DNA of 64,000 bases from an uncultured Hyphomicrobiales bacterium (lineage in GTDB: Bacteria > Bacteroidota > Ignavibacteria > Kapaibacteriales > UBA2268): the NCBI GenBank assembly GCA_964498585.1, contig CAZCHH010000006.1, positions 1,554-65,553 of the forward strand. The letters run 5' to 3'. The notes beneath the pieces were generated by a model. It searched no databases and was not told the origin of the DNA. It worked only from the letters and a program-made list of their open reading frames with translations. The position numbers were made by a program, and so were the translations under genes. Position 1 is the first letter of the stretch, and every line of letters begins with the position of its first letter. This document shows, one piece after another, positions 17,076-26,200 of this stretch.

Positions 17076-19907
17076 ATGAAAAAAATTATTACGATTTTAT
17101 TCCTGTTATTCATTTGTATTAGCGACTTATTATCATTAGAAATTACAGAGGGAAGAGAGTTTTGGTTTGGTTTGCCATATTGTAAAACGAATAAATTAGA
17201 ATTTGCTCTTGGAATGTATCCGATTGAAATATGGATTTCTTCAAAATACGACACAAAAGCTACAATAAAAATTAAATCAACCGGATTTGATAAACAATTT
17301 GTTGTTCAAAACAATAAAGTAACAAAAGTTGGAATTAATGACAGGGCTATGTGTAAAGAATCTGAAATTGCTCAGGACAATGGTATTCATATAAAATCCG
17401 AGCATCCTGTAACAGTTTATGTCTATTATGCTTATCAATGGACTGGTGAGGTCTTTAATGTGATTCCTATTGATTGGCTTGGTAAAAAATACGTTTCACT
17501 TAATTTATATGAAGATAAAACTGAAGAATTAAATCCACCTCTAATTCTAATTGTTGCAAGTGAAGACAATACTATTGTTTATTATCAACCAACGAAACCA
17601 ACTGAAAAAGTAAGTGCCGGAACAAAAAAAGAAGTTAAACTCAATAAAGGTCAAACTTTCCTTATTCTTGGTAAAGAAGATAATAATGTTCTTCGAAGTC
17701 CGGAATCTGATATAACCGGAACATTTATAACATCAAACAAACCAATAGCTGTTATATCAGGCCATACCAAAGGAACGACTTTTGGTTATACTATTAATCC
17801 TTTTAATAAGGAAGAACAATATCGTGTTCGTAATGTAATGCTTGAGCAGCTATTACCAATAGAACTTCTTGGAACTGAGTATATACCTGTTGCAATTCGG
17901 CTAAACAGTTTAGACCCATATCATATAAGATTTTATGAAGGTGATTTAATCAGATTTGTTGCAACACAGGACAGTACAATCATTTATCAAATGCGACTAG
18001 ATGGCTCTGGCTTAAAACAAATAACAATTCCTTTAAAAACCGGTGAATATTTTGATATTAGTTCACAGGAAAATGTATGTTATTATAAATCTAACTTTCC
18101 AATTTTAGTTGGACAATTCAGTAAGGGTTGGTCATATTATAATAAGTTATTTCAGGGAATTTTTATTAGTTTAACTCCAAAAGAGCGTTGGGGAAATTTT
18201 GCCATATTTGATTCTCCATCTAAAGACAAAAATTATATTGATATTACTCTTCTTTATGAAGATTTTGAAAATTTATATTTTGATGGAATTAATATGAAAG
18301 CATCTGGAGGATTTAGTGCCATAAAAATACCCGGAACTCCTTATGCCTACATTTCTGAAAAAATTGATAATGGAAATCACATAATTGAAGGACGAAATGG
18401 TGCAAAGTTTGGGGCTTATGCTTATGGAAATATGGACGAACTTAACTATGGTTTTTCTTATGGATATCCAGTTGGAATTAATTACGCTGAAGCTTGTGAA
18501 GATTCTATTTTTATTGATGACTTTGTTTGGGAAAAAAAGGTAAAAGCAACTGCATATTCAATTAATACATCATTAGATACAAATTGCGCTGGATTATATT
18601 CAATATGGGCTTATCCTGAAGAAATTTATAATTACAAATTTAGTGTATCAGAATTCAATTCCGGTGATTCTTCTGCTTCTTATGAGCTTTCTGTTATTGA
18701 TACAACAAAAAATGCTTTTGCTGTTATTAATGTTATGAATCGTTCTGGCTACAAGACCAACAGGAGCTATAGCTATACAGCACCAGTGGTTTCTCCTCCT
18801 GTCGAATTAATATCACCCAAAAACAAATCAGTAAACTTAGATACTATTGTCCGCTTAACCTGGAATGAAACAATAAGAGCAGATGGCTATCATTTGCAAA
18901 TATCCAAAGCAGAAAATTTCTTTGCTAAAATATTAGATACAGCCCTTATTTATGACACAAGTTATACCGTTGACTTAGAAATGAAAACAAAGCACTTTTG
19001 GCGGGTTAGAGGATATAACTCTGCAGGTTATGGAGAATGGTCTCAAATCTGGAATTTTACTACGTATTCTAATCAATCTATACTAATTTTTCCTGAAAAT
19101 AAATCAACAATAAAATTTGATACAATCAATTTTATCTGGTACAGCCATCCAATTGCACTTGCATATACTATTCAAATTGCTAAAGACACGGTATTTCAAT
19201 CGAATATACATGAAAACATAGTTACTGATACTTTATTTTGTATTATTAGAGAAAATTTAAATTCTTCGTTTTACTACTGGCGTGTTAAATCTAATAATTC
19301 TTTAAATACAGGTGAATGGTCTGAAATTTGGAATTTCCAAACTGAATTTGATAAAGCAGTTCTTATTGAACCTCCTAACGATACTTCAAATATTCCAATT
19401 GAAGTTAATTTTTTGTGGCAAATGCAAAGCAATACTCCAAAATATAGAATTCAAGTTTCAAACCAAAGTAATTTTTTATCAATAATAATTGATACAATAC
19501 TTTCTCAAAATACCTACTCAAAAGTATTGTCCTATAATAAAAAGTACTACTGGCGTGTTTGTGCCGGCGATGGCGAGAATTTCGGCAAATGGTCAGATGT
19601 GTGGACTTTTACTACCGGCGATTTCTCAGATGTAAAAAATAATGTTAAAGAAAATAATGTCTTTTCCATTTTTCCAAATCCCGTTGATGACGAACTTTAT
19701 ATTGAATTTTCAAATGACTTTTCAAACAATTGCGAAATAGAAATTATTGATATGCAAGGAATTACTGTTTCATCAATAAAAAAATCAAATCTGATTTATG
19801 GAATAAACAAAGAGCAAATCTCACTAAAAGATTTACTGGTTGGCACTTATAATTGTGTATTGAAAATTGGCGGGAACAGGTATTATAAAATGTTTGTAAA
19901 GATGTAG
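17076..19907 (+). CDS. T9SS substrate: IgGFc-binding-type N-terminal domain, three FN3-like repeats, T9SS CTD
   Basis: Signal peptide; TEGREFWF and ITSNKPIAVISGH motifs; three repeats ending WS(Q/E/D)(I/V)W(N/T)F(T/Q)T; CTD IFPNP...YYKMFVKM. Confidence 0.8.
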   Translation: MKKIITILFLLFICISDLLSLEITEGREFWFGLPYCKTNKLEFALGMYPIEIWISSKYDTKATIKIKSTGFDKQFVVQNNKVTKVGINDRAMCKESEIAQDNGIHIKSEHPVTVYVYYAYQWTGEVFNVIPIDWLGKKYVSLNLYEDKTEELNPPLILIVASEDNTIVYYQPTKPTEKVSAGTKKEVKLNKGQTFLILGKEDNNVLRSPESDITGTFITSNKPIAVISGHTKGTTFGYTINPFNKEEQYRVRNVMLEQLLPIELLGTEYIPVAIRLNSLDPYHIRFYEGDLIRFVATQDSTIIYQMRLDGSGLKQITIPLKTGEYFDISSQENVCYYKSNFPILVGQFSKGWSYYNKLFQGIFISLTPKERWGNFAIFDSPSKDKNYIDITLLYEDFENLYFDGINMKASGGFSAIKIPGTPYAYISEKIDNGNHIIEGRNGAKFGAYAYGNMDELNYGFSYGYPVGINYAEACEDSIFIDDFVWEKKVKATAYSINTSLDTNCAGLYSIWAYPEEIYNYKFSVSEFNSGDSSASYELSVIDTTKNAFAVINVMNRSGYKTNRSYSYTAPVVSPPVELISPKNKSVNLDTIVRLTWNETIRADGYHLQISKAENFFAKILDTALIYDTSYTVDLEMKTKHFWRVRGYNSAGYGEWSQIWNFTTYSNQSILIFPENKSTIKFDTINFIWYSHPIALAYTIQIAKDTVFQSNIHENIVTDTLFCIIRENLNSSFYYWRVKSNNSLNTGEWSEIWNFQTEFDKAVLIEPPNDTSNIPIEVNFLWQMQSNTPKYRIQVSNQSNFLSIIIDTILSQNTYSKVLSYNKKYYWRVCAGDGENFGKWSDVWTFTTGDFSDVKNNVKENNVFSIFPNPVDDELYIEFSNDFSNNCEIEIIDMQGITVSSIKKSNLIYGINKEQISLKDLLVGTYNCVLKIGGNRYYKMFVKM

Positions 19908-20021
19908 ATTCTTTATCAGTCAAACGAACAGCAAGTTGTTCACATTGCTAAAAAATAAAGATGTATTTGTGAAGCTCGTGAAAGCAATTGCTTTATTTTA
20001 AATCAGATGAAAGTTTTTTCG

Positions 20022-20094
20022 AGCCAACAGGCGGACTTGAACCGCCGACCTGCTCATTACGAATGAGCTGCTCTACCAGCTAAGCTATGTTGGC
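20022..20094 (-). tRNA. tRNA-Thr(CGT)
   Basis: Cloverleaf with acceptor gccaaca/tgttggc, anticodon arm ctcat-tCGTaat-atgag and TTCAA loop; CCA not encoded. Confidence 0.96.
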
Positions 20095-20195
20095 ACATCT
20101 TCAAAATTAAGACATTTTCTATTATTTTACAAGTTATTCCTTTTTTTATGAAAATTCTTTTTTTGTTTCTTAATTTTGTATAAAAAAGAAGAGAT

Positions 20196-20834
20196 ATGAT
20201 AGAAAAACTTTTTGACTTACGTAGAGATTATACATCAAGACAATTTAATGAATCAATAGCGAAAGATTCTCCATTTGAGCAGTTTAAATTGTGGTTCGAT
20301 GAAGTATCACAAACTAACTTTTTAGAACCAAATGCGATGATTCTTACAACTGCAAGCAAAGATGCCAAACCTTCTTCAAGAGTATTACTTTTAAAACAAT
20401 TTGATGAAAATGGATTTGTATTTTTCACAAATTATGAAAGCCGCAAGGGAAGAGAATTAGAGGAAAATCCGAATGCAAATCTGCTATTCTTTTGGGACAT
20501 ACTTGAACGACAGGTAAGAATAGAAGGGACTGTAAGTAAAATTAGCAGGGCAGAATCAGAAGAATATTTTAAGACCCGTCCTTATAAAAACAGACTCGGT
20601 GCTTGGGCTTCCAAACAAAGCAAACCTCTTAAAACCCGTTTCACTTTAATTAGAGAAGTAGCAAAAACAATGTCAAAATATCCGTTTGAAGTGCCTTTAC
20701 CACCATTTTGGGGTGGGTATCGTCTTGTTCCAACACAATTTGAATTTTGGCAGGGACGTTCAAGTCGTCTTCATGACAGAATTCAGTATTTTCTTGAAAA
20801 TGATACTTGGAAAAAAATAAGACTATATCCATAA
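20196..20834 (+). CDS. pdxH: Pyridoxine/pyridoxamine 5'-phosphate oxidase
   Basis: RVLLLK, FFTNYESRKG, RQVRIEG and EFWQGRSSRLHDR motifs. Confidence 0.97.
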   Translation: MIEKLFDLRRDYTSRQFNESIAKDSPFEQFKLWFDEVSQTNFLEPNAMILTTASKDAKPSSRVLLLKQFDENGFVFFTNYESRKGRELEENPNANLLFFWDILERQVRIEGTVSKISRAESEEYFKTRPYKNRLGAWASKQSKPLKTRFTLIREVAKTMSKYPFEVPLPPFWGGYRLVPTQFEFWQGRSSRLHDRIQYFLENDTWKKIRLYP

Positions 20835-20840
20835 TATTTC

Positions 20841-20871
20841 TTGGTAGAATAAAAAATTTTCCTTAATTTTG
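20841..20871 (+). promoter_or_regulatory. Promoter of tRNA-Val (TTG-N20-TAATTTTG)
   Basis: TTG at 20841-20843 and TAATTTTG at 20864-20871. Confidence 0.6.
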
Positions 20872-20885
20872 AATCCTGTTTATAT

Positions 20886-20961
20886 GGGCTCTTAGCTCAG
20901 TTTGGTCTAGAGCGCTTCCTTGACACGGAAGAGGTCGCTGGTTCGAATCCCGTAGGGCCCA
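20886..20961 (+). tRNA. tRNA-Val(GAC)
   Basis: Acceptor gggctct/agggccc, anticodon arm cttcc-ttGACac-ggaag and TTCGAAT loop; one T-stem mismatch. Confidence 0.93.
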
Positions 20962-21166
20962 CACTCAAATATGTTTTATTCTGCATATTTTAAATAAAGT
21001 TTTCTTTTTTAAAATTGATTTGTATTTTTGTATTGAAATTCAATTCTTTTTTAATTTACCTTTCATATCTTTAATAACAAATAAAAGAATTGATTATTTT
21101 GTTTAAATATTTGAAATGTCTTGTTTAAAAGATTTAACTTGAAATTAGGGAAAGAATAATTTAAAA

Positions 21167-21874
21167 ATGGAAGCATTATTGAACTTTGCTCAAGGACCGC
21201 TTTTTCGGTTTTCTTTTGCTATTATGATACTTGGATTAATCCGCCTTTTTACATTAACAATAATAAATGGATTAGAATCGAAATCAAAAGCAAAAGATAA
21301 ACCCATTCCAGTTAATTATGTAAAAAAAATGACTTTGGGATATATATTTCCTATAAGAGCATTTAGAAAAAAACCTCTTTATGCAGCTGTTTCAATCATT
21401 TTTCACATCGGTTTGCTGATTACTCCAATATTTTTAATCGACCATAATTTATTATTCCAAAACTCTATTGGTGTTTCATTGCTTGGTATATCTATCTCTA
21501 AAGGATTTGCAGATATATTAACTCTTATAACCATAATTTCGGCTCTGATATTGTTCATTATGCGTTCAAGCAATGAAGCATCACGCTTCTTGAGTAGGAA
21601 ACAAGATTACATCTGGCTAATTCTGCTTATAATTCCTTTTTCAACTGGATTTGTTTGCGCTCAAATTGAAGTGGGACCGTCAGTTTATAGCTTTTGTATG
21701 CTTATTCATATTTTAAGTGGATGTGCAATCTTTATTTTAATTCCATTCACAAAAATTGCACATTGTGTATTACTTCCTTTGGGGCAATGGATTACAGCAC
21801 GAGCTTGGAAATTTCCGGCAGAAGCAGGTGAAGAAGTTGAAAGAACACTTAGCAAACAAGGAGAGAAATTATGA
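21167..21874 (+). CDS. NarI/HmcE/DsrM-like di-heme b membrane subunit
   Basis: About 5 TM helices with two His pairs (IIFHIGL...IDHN and LIHILS...TKIAHC). Confidence 0.8.
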   Translation: MEALLNFAQGPLFRFSFAIMILGLIRLFTLTIINGLESKSKAKDKPIPVNYVKKMTLGYIFPIRAFRKKPLYAAVSIIFHIGLLITPIFLIDHNLLFQNSIGVSLLGISISKGFADILTLITIISALILFIMRSSNEASRFLSRKQDYIWLILLIIPFSTGFVCAQIEVGPSVYSFCMLIHILSGCAIFILIPFTKIAHCVLLPLGQWITARAWKFPAEAGEEVERTLSKQGEKL

Positions 21875-22665
21875 ATGCTATTTTGACTGATATTACAAAA
21901 TGCGTAGGATGCAATGAGTGCGTTAAAGCTTGTAAAAAAATCAACAAACTTCCAGCAGATAAGCCACGCTTTTGGCAAAAAAATGACGGACTTTCTGCAA
22001 GGAATTGGACTTCTGTCCTTCACGATGGTAAATATAACATTCGTAAGCAGTGTCGCCATTGCATTGAACCTACCTGTGTGTCGGTTTGTCCCGTTGGAGC
22101 ATTGCACAAAACCGATTCTGGTGCTGTTGTGTATGACAGTTCGAAATGCTTGGGCTGCCGCTATTGTATGATGGCTTGCCCTTATGGTATTCCACGTTAT
22201 GACTGGGATAGCGCGGTGCCTTATATTAAAAAATGTATTATGTGTTTTGAAAATATAAAAGAAGGAATAATTGACCAACCTGCCTGCACTTCTGTATGCC
22301 CGGTTAAAGCTACTATATATGGAGATAGGGCAGAGCTGCTCTCTATTGCTAAACAAAGAATAGCTGAAAAACCAGAGCTTTATTTGAACCATATTTATGG
22401 AGAAAGAGAAGTTGGAGGAACTAATGTTTTGTATATAACCGCAAAGGATTGTCCCTTAGATTTCCTTTTTTATTATAATAATCGAATAGATAAAAATGTA
22501 AAACTATTAGGGCAACCAAATATCAATGAACCAATACCTTTAACTACAAAATGGGCTATGGGAGCTGTTCCATATACTTTTATTGGTATGGGAGCTTTTA
22601 TGAGTGGTGCTTACTGGATTATTAAACGCCGAGAAAAGATGAGTAAAAAGGAAACTGAAATATAA
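21871..22665 (+). CDS. 4x[4Fe-4S] protein, HybA/FdnH/HmcB-like, with a C-terminal TM helix
   Basis: CVGCNECVKAC, CRHCIEPTCVSVCP, CLGCRYCMMACP and KKCIMC...PACTSVCP; no twin-Arg signal. Confidence 0.9.
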   Translation: MNAILTDITKCVGCNECVKACKKINKLPADKPRFWQKNDGLSARNWTSVLHDGKYNIRKQCRHCIEPTCVSVCPVGALHKTDSGAVVYDSSKCLGCRYCMMACPYGIPRYDWDSAVPYIKKCIMCFENIKEGIIDQPACTSVCPVKATIYGDRAELLSIAKQRIAEKPELYLNHIYGEREVGGTNVLYITAKDCPLDFLFYYNNRIDKNVKLLGQPNINEPIPLTTKWAMGAVPYTFIGMGAFMSGAYWIIKRREKMSKKETEI

Positions 22666-22813
22666 TAGCAGAAAATTTTGCGTATGCTGCGCCTGAAAAA
22701 ATGTAATTGGTTAAGTCCTATTATACGGGAAGAATAAAATTCAGCTTAATATTTATTTACAAAAAAGAACACACAAGGACTTATGTTCTACGATTTATTA
22801 TTTCATCTGAATA

Positions 22814-22847
22814 ATTCATCCGATGACTTCCCAGCTATCGGATGAAT
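22814..22847. repeat. REP-like doublet, family A
   Basis: attcatccgatgact-tccc-agctatcggatgaat. Confidence 0.78.
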
Positions 22848-22922
22848 AGATTCAGTAACGATATTAGAATTTAATAAAAATTAGAGAAAAAAACTTATTT
22901 TTTTACAGTATTTTAAACTAAC

Positions 22923-22976
22923 CATTTATTATCAATTACTACCGAATATTTTCCTTAAATTTATGAATAATGCAGG
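22923..22976 (+). repeat. Duplicated upstream element (copy 1 of 2)
   Basis: Matches 53032-53082 apart from 2 substitutions and a 3-nt indel. Confidence 0.8.
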
Positions 22977-23258
22977 ATAAATATTTTTTTCATTTACAAT
23001 TCATTTCTTATATTTGCAAAGTAGTGAAAATAAGATGATTAAAGTATGAAACAAAATATTCACAGTATTAACTTAAAACGACCTAAGATAAATAATTATC
23101 TTACAGCAATTCTCTATTTATTTACTTTTTCAAATATTACCAAAAAAAATTGCAGGAATTTTCTTGTTACAAATCAGATTCATTTCTGAATTATTAAATG
23201 ATTTCATTATTATTAAATTATTTAATTTAAATAAATTATAAATTAAAATATAAAAATT

Positions 23259-26200
23259 ATGAAAAAGAAAATAACGAAATCAGTAATAAATACTAAATAT
23301 ATAGTTTTATTCATCTCGTTAATCAGCATTATGATTATTGTGGGAGCTTTATTTTATTATAAAAACGAAGAGAGTTCAATAAAAATTAAAGAACATAATA
23401 ATTTAAGAGCAGTTGCAGAATTAAAGATAAATCAGTTGACCCAATGGTTGAATGAAAGGATTGGCGATGCAAAAATACTTTCATCTTCTCCTTTTTTTGC
23501 AAAAAACATTGGAATATGGTTTGATAATCAAGATAATCAAACTCTTAAAAATGATATTAAAAATAGATTTCTTCAATATAAAAACATTTATAGTTATAGA
23601 GATGTTTTTCTTTGTAGTAAAAATGGAGAAATTCTGATTGCATCTAATACAGATAAACATCTTGACTCAATTACTATTCAAAAAATAAAAGTATCTTTTG
23701 ATAGCAATAGAATTGTTTTTACTGATTTTTATTATTGCAATATACACAATGATATTCATTTTGATATAATAACTCCAGTATATAATGAAAAAAACGAATC
23801 ATTTGCTGTAATAATTATAAGAATTGCACCTGAAGAATACATTTTTCCACTTATTCAAAGCTGGCCTACACCGAGTAAGACTGCTGAGACTATAATAATA
23901 AGAAAAGATAAAGATAGCGTTCTTTTCCTCAATGAACTGCGCCATAAAAAGAATACTGCATTAAAATATAAATTATCTTTAAAAGAATTAAATGCCCCTG
24001 GAGTCCAAGCTGTTAAAGGATATGAAGGTATTTATGAAGGAATTGATTATCGAGGAATAAAAGTTTTATCTGAGATTCGCAATGTTTCAAATACTAATTG
24101 GTATATGATAGCTAAAGTTGATAAAAGTGAAATATATGCTGAATTGAATTACCGTTCTATAATTATTATAGCTTTTGTTATTGTGTTGATATGCATTCTT
24201 AGTATAGGTATTTTTTGGATTTATCATTACAGGCAAAGAAATATTTATTATCAGTTATATCATAATGAAAAAGAATTGCATGAAATTCAGAAAGAATTTC
24301 AAACAACTCTTTATAGCATTGGCGATGCTGTTATCACTACCGATACATCAGGAAAAATAAAAATGATGAATCCTATAGCAGAGCAGATTACTGGCTGGAC
24401 TGAAAGCGAAGCTAAAGATAATTTAATTCAGGAGGTTTTTAATATTGTTAATGAAAAAACTCGGATTAGAGTAGATAATCCAGTTGATTTAGTTCTTAAA
24501 AACGGAAAAATAATTGGTCTTGCTAATCATACTATTTTAATTTCGAAAGACGGGAAAGAATTTCCTATTGCTGATAGTGGCGCCCCAATAATTAATGAAA
24601 ATGGAGAAATAACTGGAGTAGTGCTTGTTTTTAGGGACCAAACAGAAGAATATCTATATCAACAGGAACTCATTGAAAGTGAAACGAGATATAAATCTTT
24701 GCATAATGCTTCTTTCGGTGGTATTGCTATTCACGACAACGGAATAATTTTAGATTGCAATCAGGGATTATCTGAAATATCTGGCTATTCTTACGAAGAA
24801 CTAATTGGAATGAATGGTTTAATCCTTTTTGCCGAAAAGTATCGTGATGAAGCAATGACAAATATTTTATCCGGATATGAAAAACCTTACGAATCTATTG
24901 GTTTGCAAAAAAATGGCATAGAATATCCAATTCGAATCGAAGCAAGGAATATTCCTTATAAAGGGAAAAGTGTAAGATGCTTTGAATTCAGAAATATTAC
25001 CGAACAAAAATTATCAGAGGAAAAATTAAAAGAAAGTGAAGAACGTTTCAGAACAATTTTTGAAAATGCTTCAATAGGACTTTACAGGTCTACTCCTGAA
25101 GGCAAGGTTATTTTAGCCAATCAAATGATTGTAAAACTATTAGGATACAGTTCGTTTGAAGAACTAGCAAATATTGATTTGAATGAACTTGGATATGCTT
25201 GTCCGGAAGATAGGATTAGATTTAAAGAACTTATTGAACAAAATGACAGAATTAATGGTTTTGAATCAACCTGGAGAAATAAAAACGGAGGAATTGTTTT
25301 TATTCGCGAAAGTTCTAATATTTATAGAAATCCAGATGGAAGCATAAAATTTTATGAGGGAACAGTTGAAGACATAACAGAGCGAAAAAAAGCCGAAGAG
25401 GCGCTTCGTGAAAGTGAGGCATTTATTAGAACTGTTATGGATAATCTACCGATTGGAGTCGCTGTAAACTCTGTAGGTCCCGATGTCGAATTTGAATATA
25501 TTAACGATAATTTTCTTAAGATATATAGAACTACAAAGGAAGCATTAGCTGAAAAGGGAGCTTTCTGGGAAACTGTTTATGAAGATGAAGAAACTCGCAA
25601 AAAAATAAAAAAGCTTGTGCTTAGTGACATTGCCTCTGGAGATGCAGAACGAATGCATTGGAAAGATATACCAATCAAGCGTAAAGGTGAAGAAACAAGC
25701 TATATTAGTGCTATGAATACTCCTATTCCGGGTAGAACACTAATGATTTCTACTGTTTGGGATGTTACAGACAGATTAAAAGCAGAAAATTTACTTATTC
25801 AGCGAAATAAAGAATTAGAAACTCAATATGAAGAATATGCACGTTTAAATGAACTTCTAGTTCAAACAAATTATGATTTAGAAATTGCGAAAAGTAAAAC
25901 TGAAGAAAGCGAGGAAAGGCATCGCTTCTTATTTGAAAATACAATTCAGGGAGTGGTATATCATTCAAATACTGGTGAAATAATATACGCAAATAAGGCA
26001 GCCGCTGATATTTTAGGATTAACAATAGACCAAATGAATGGTTTAACTGCAAAAGACCCAAGATGGAGAGCAATTCATGAAGATGGCTCTGACTATCCCG
26101 GAGATACTCATCCCTGTTCCATTACTTTAAAAACCAGTAAACCGGTATTTAATAAAGTAATGGGAGTTTTTAATCCCCAAAAAAACTCTTATAACTGGAT

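Noticed and set aside
17076-20094. Genomic island integrated at tRNA-Thr
   Set aside because: No integrase, and no duplicated tRNA 3' end (attL/attR) found.
21706-22392. 228-aa minus-strand ORF
   Set aside because: It is antisense to the well-supported cytochrome b and Fe-S genes and has no recognizable motif.
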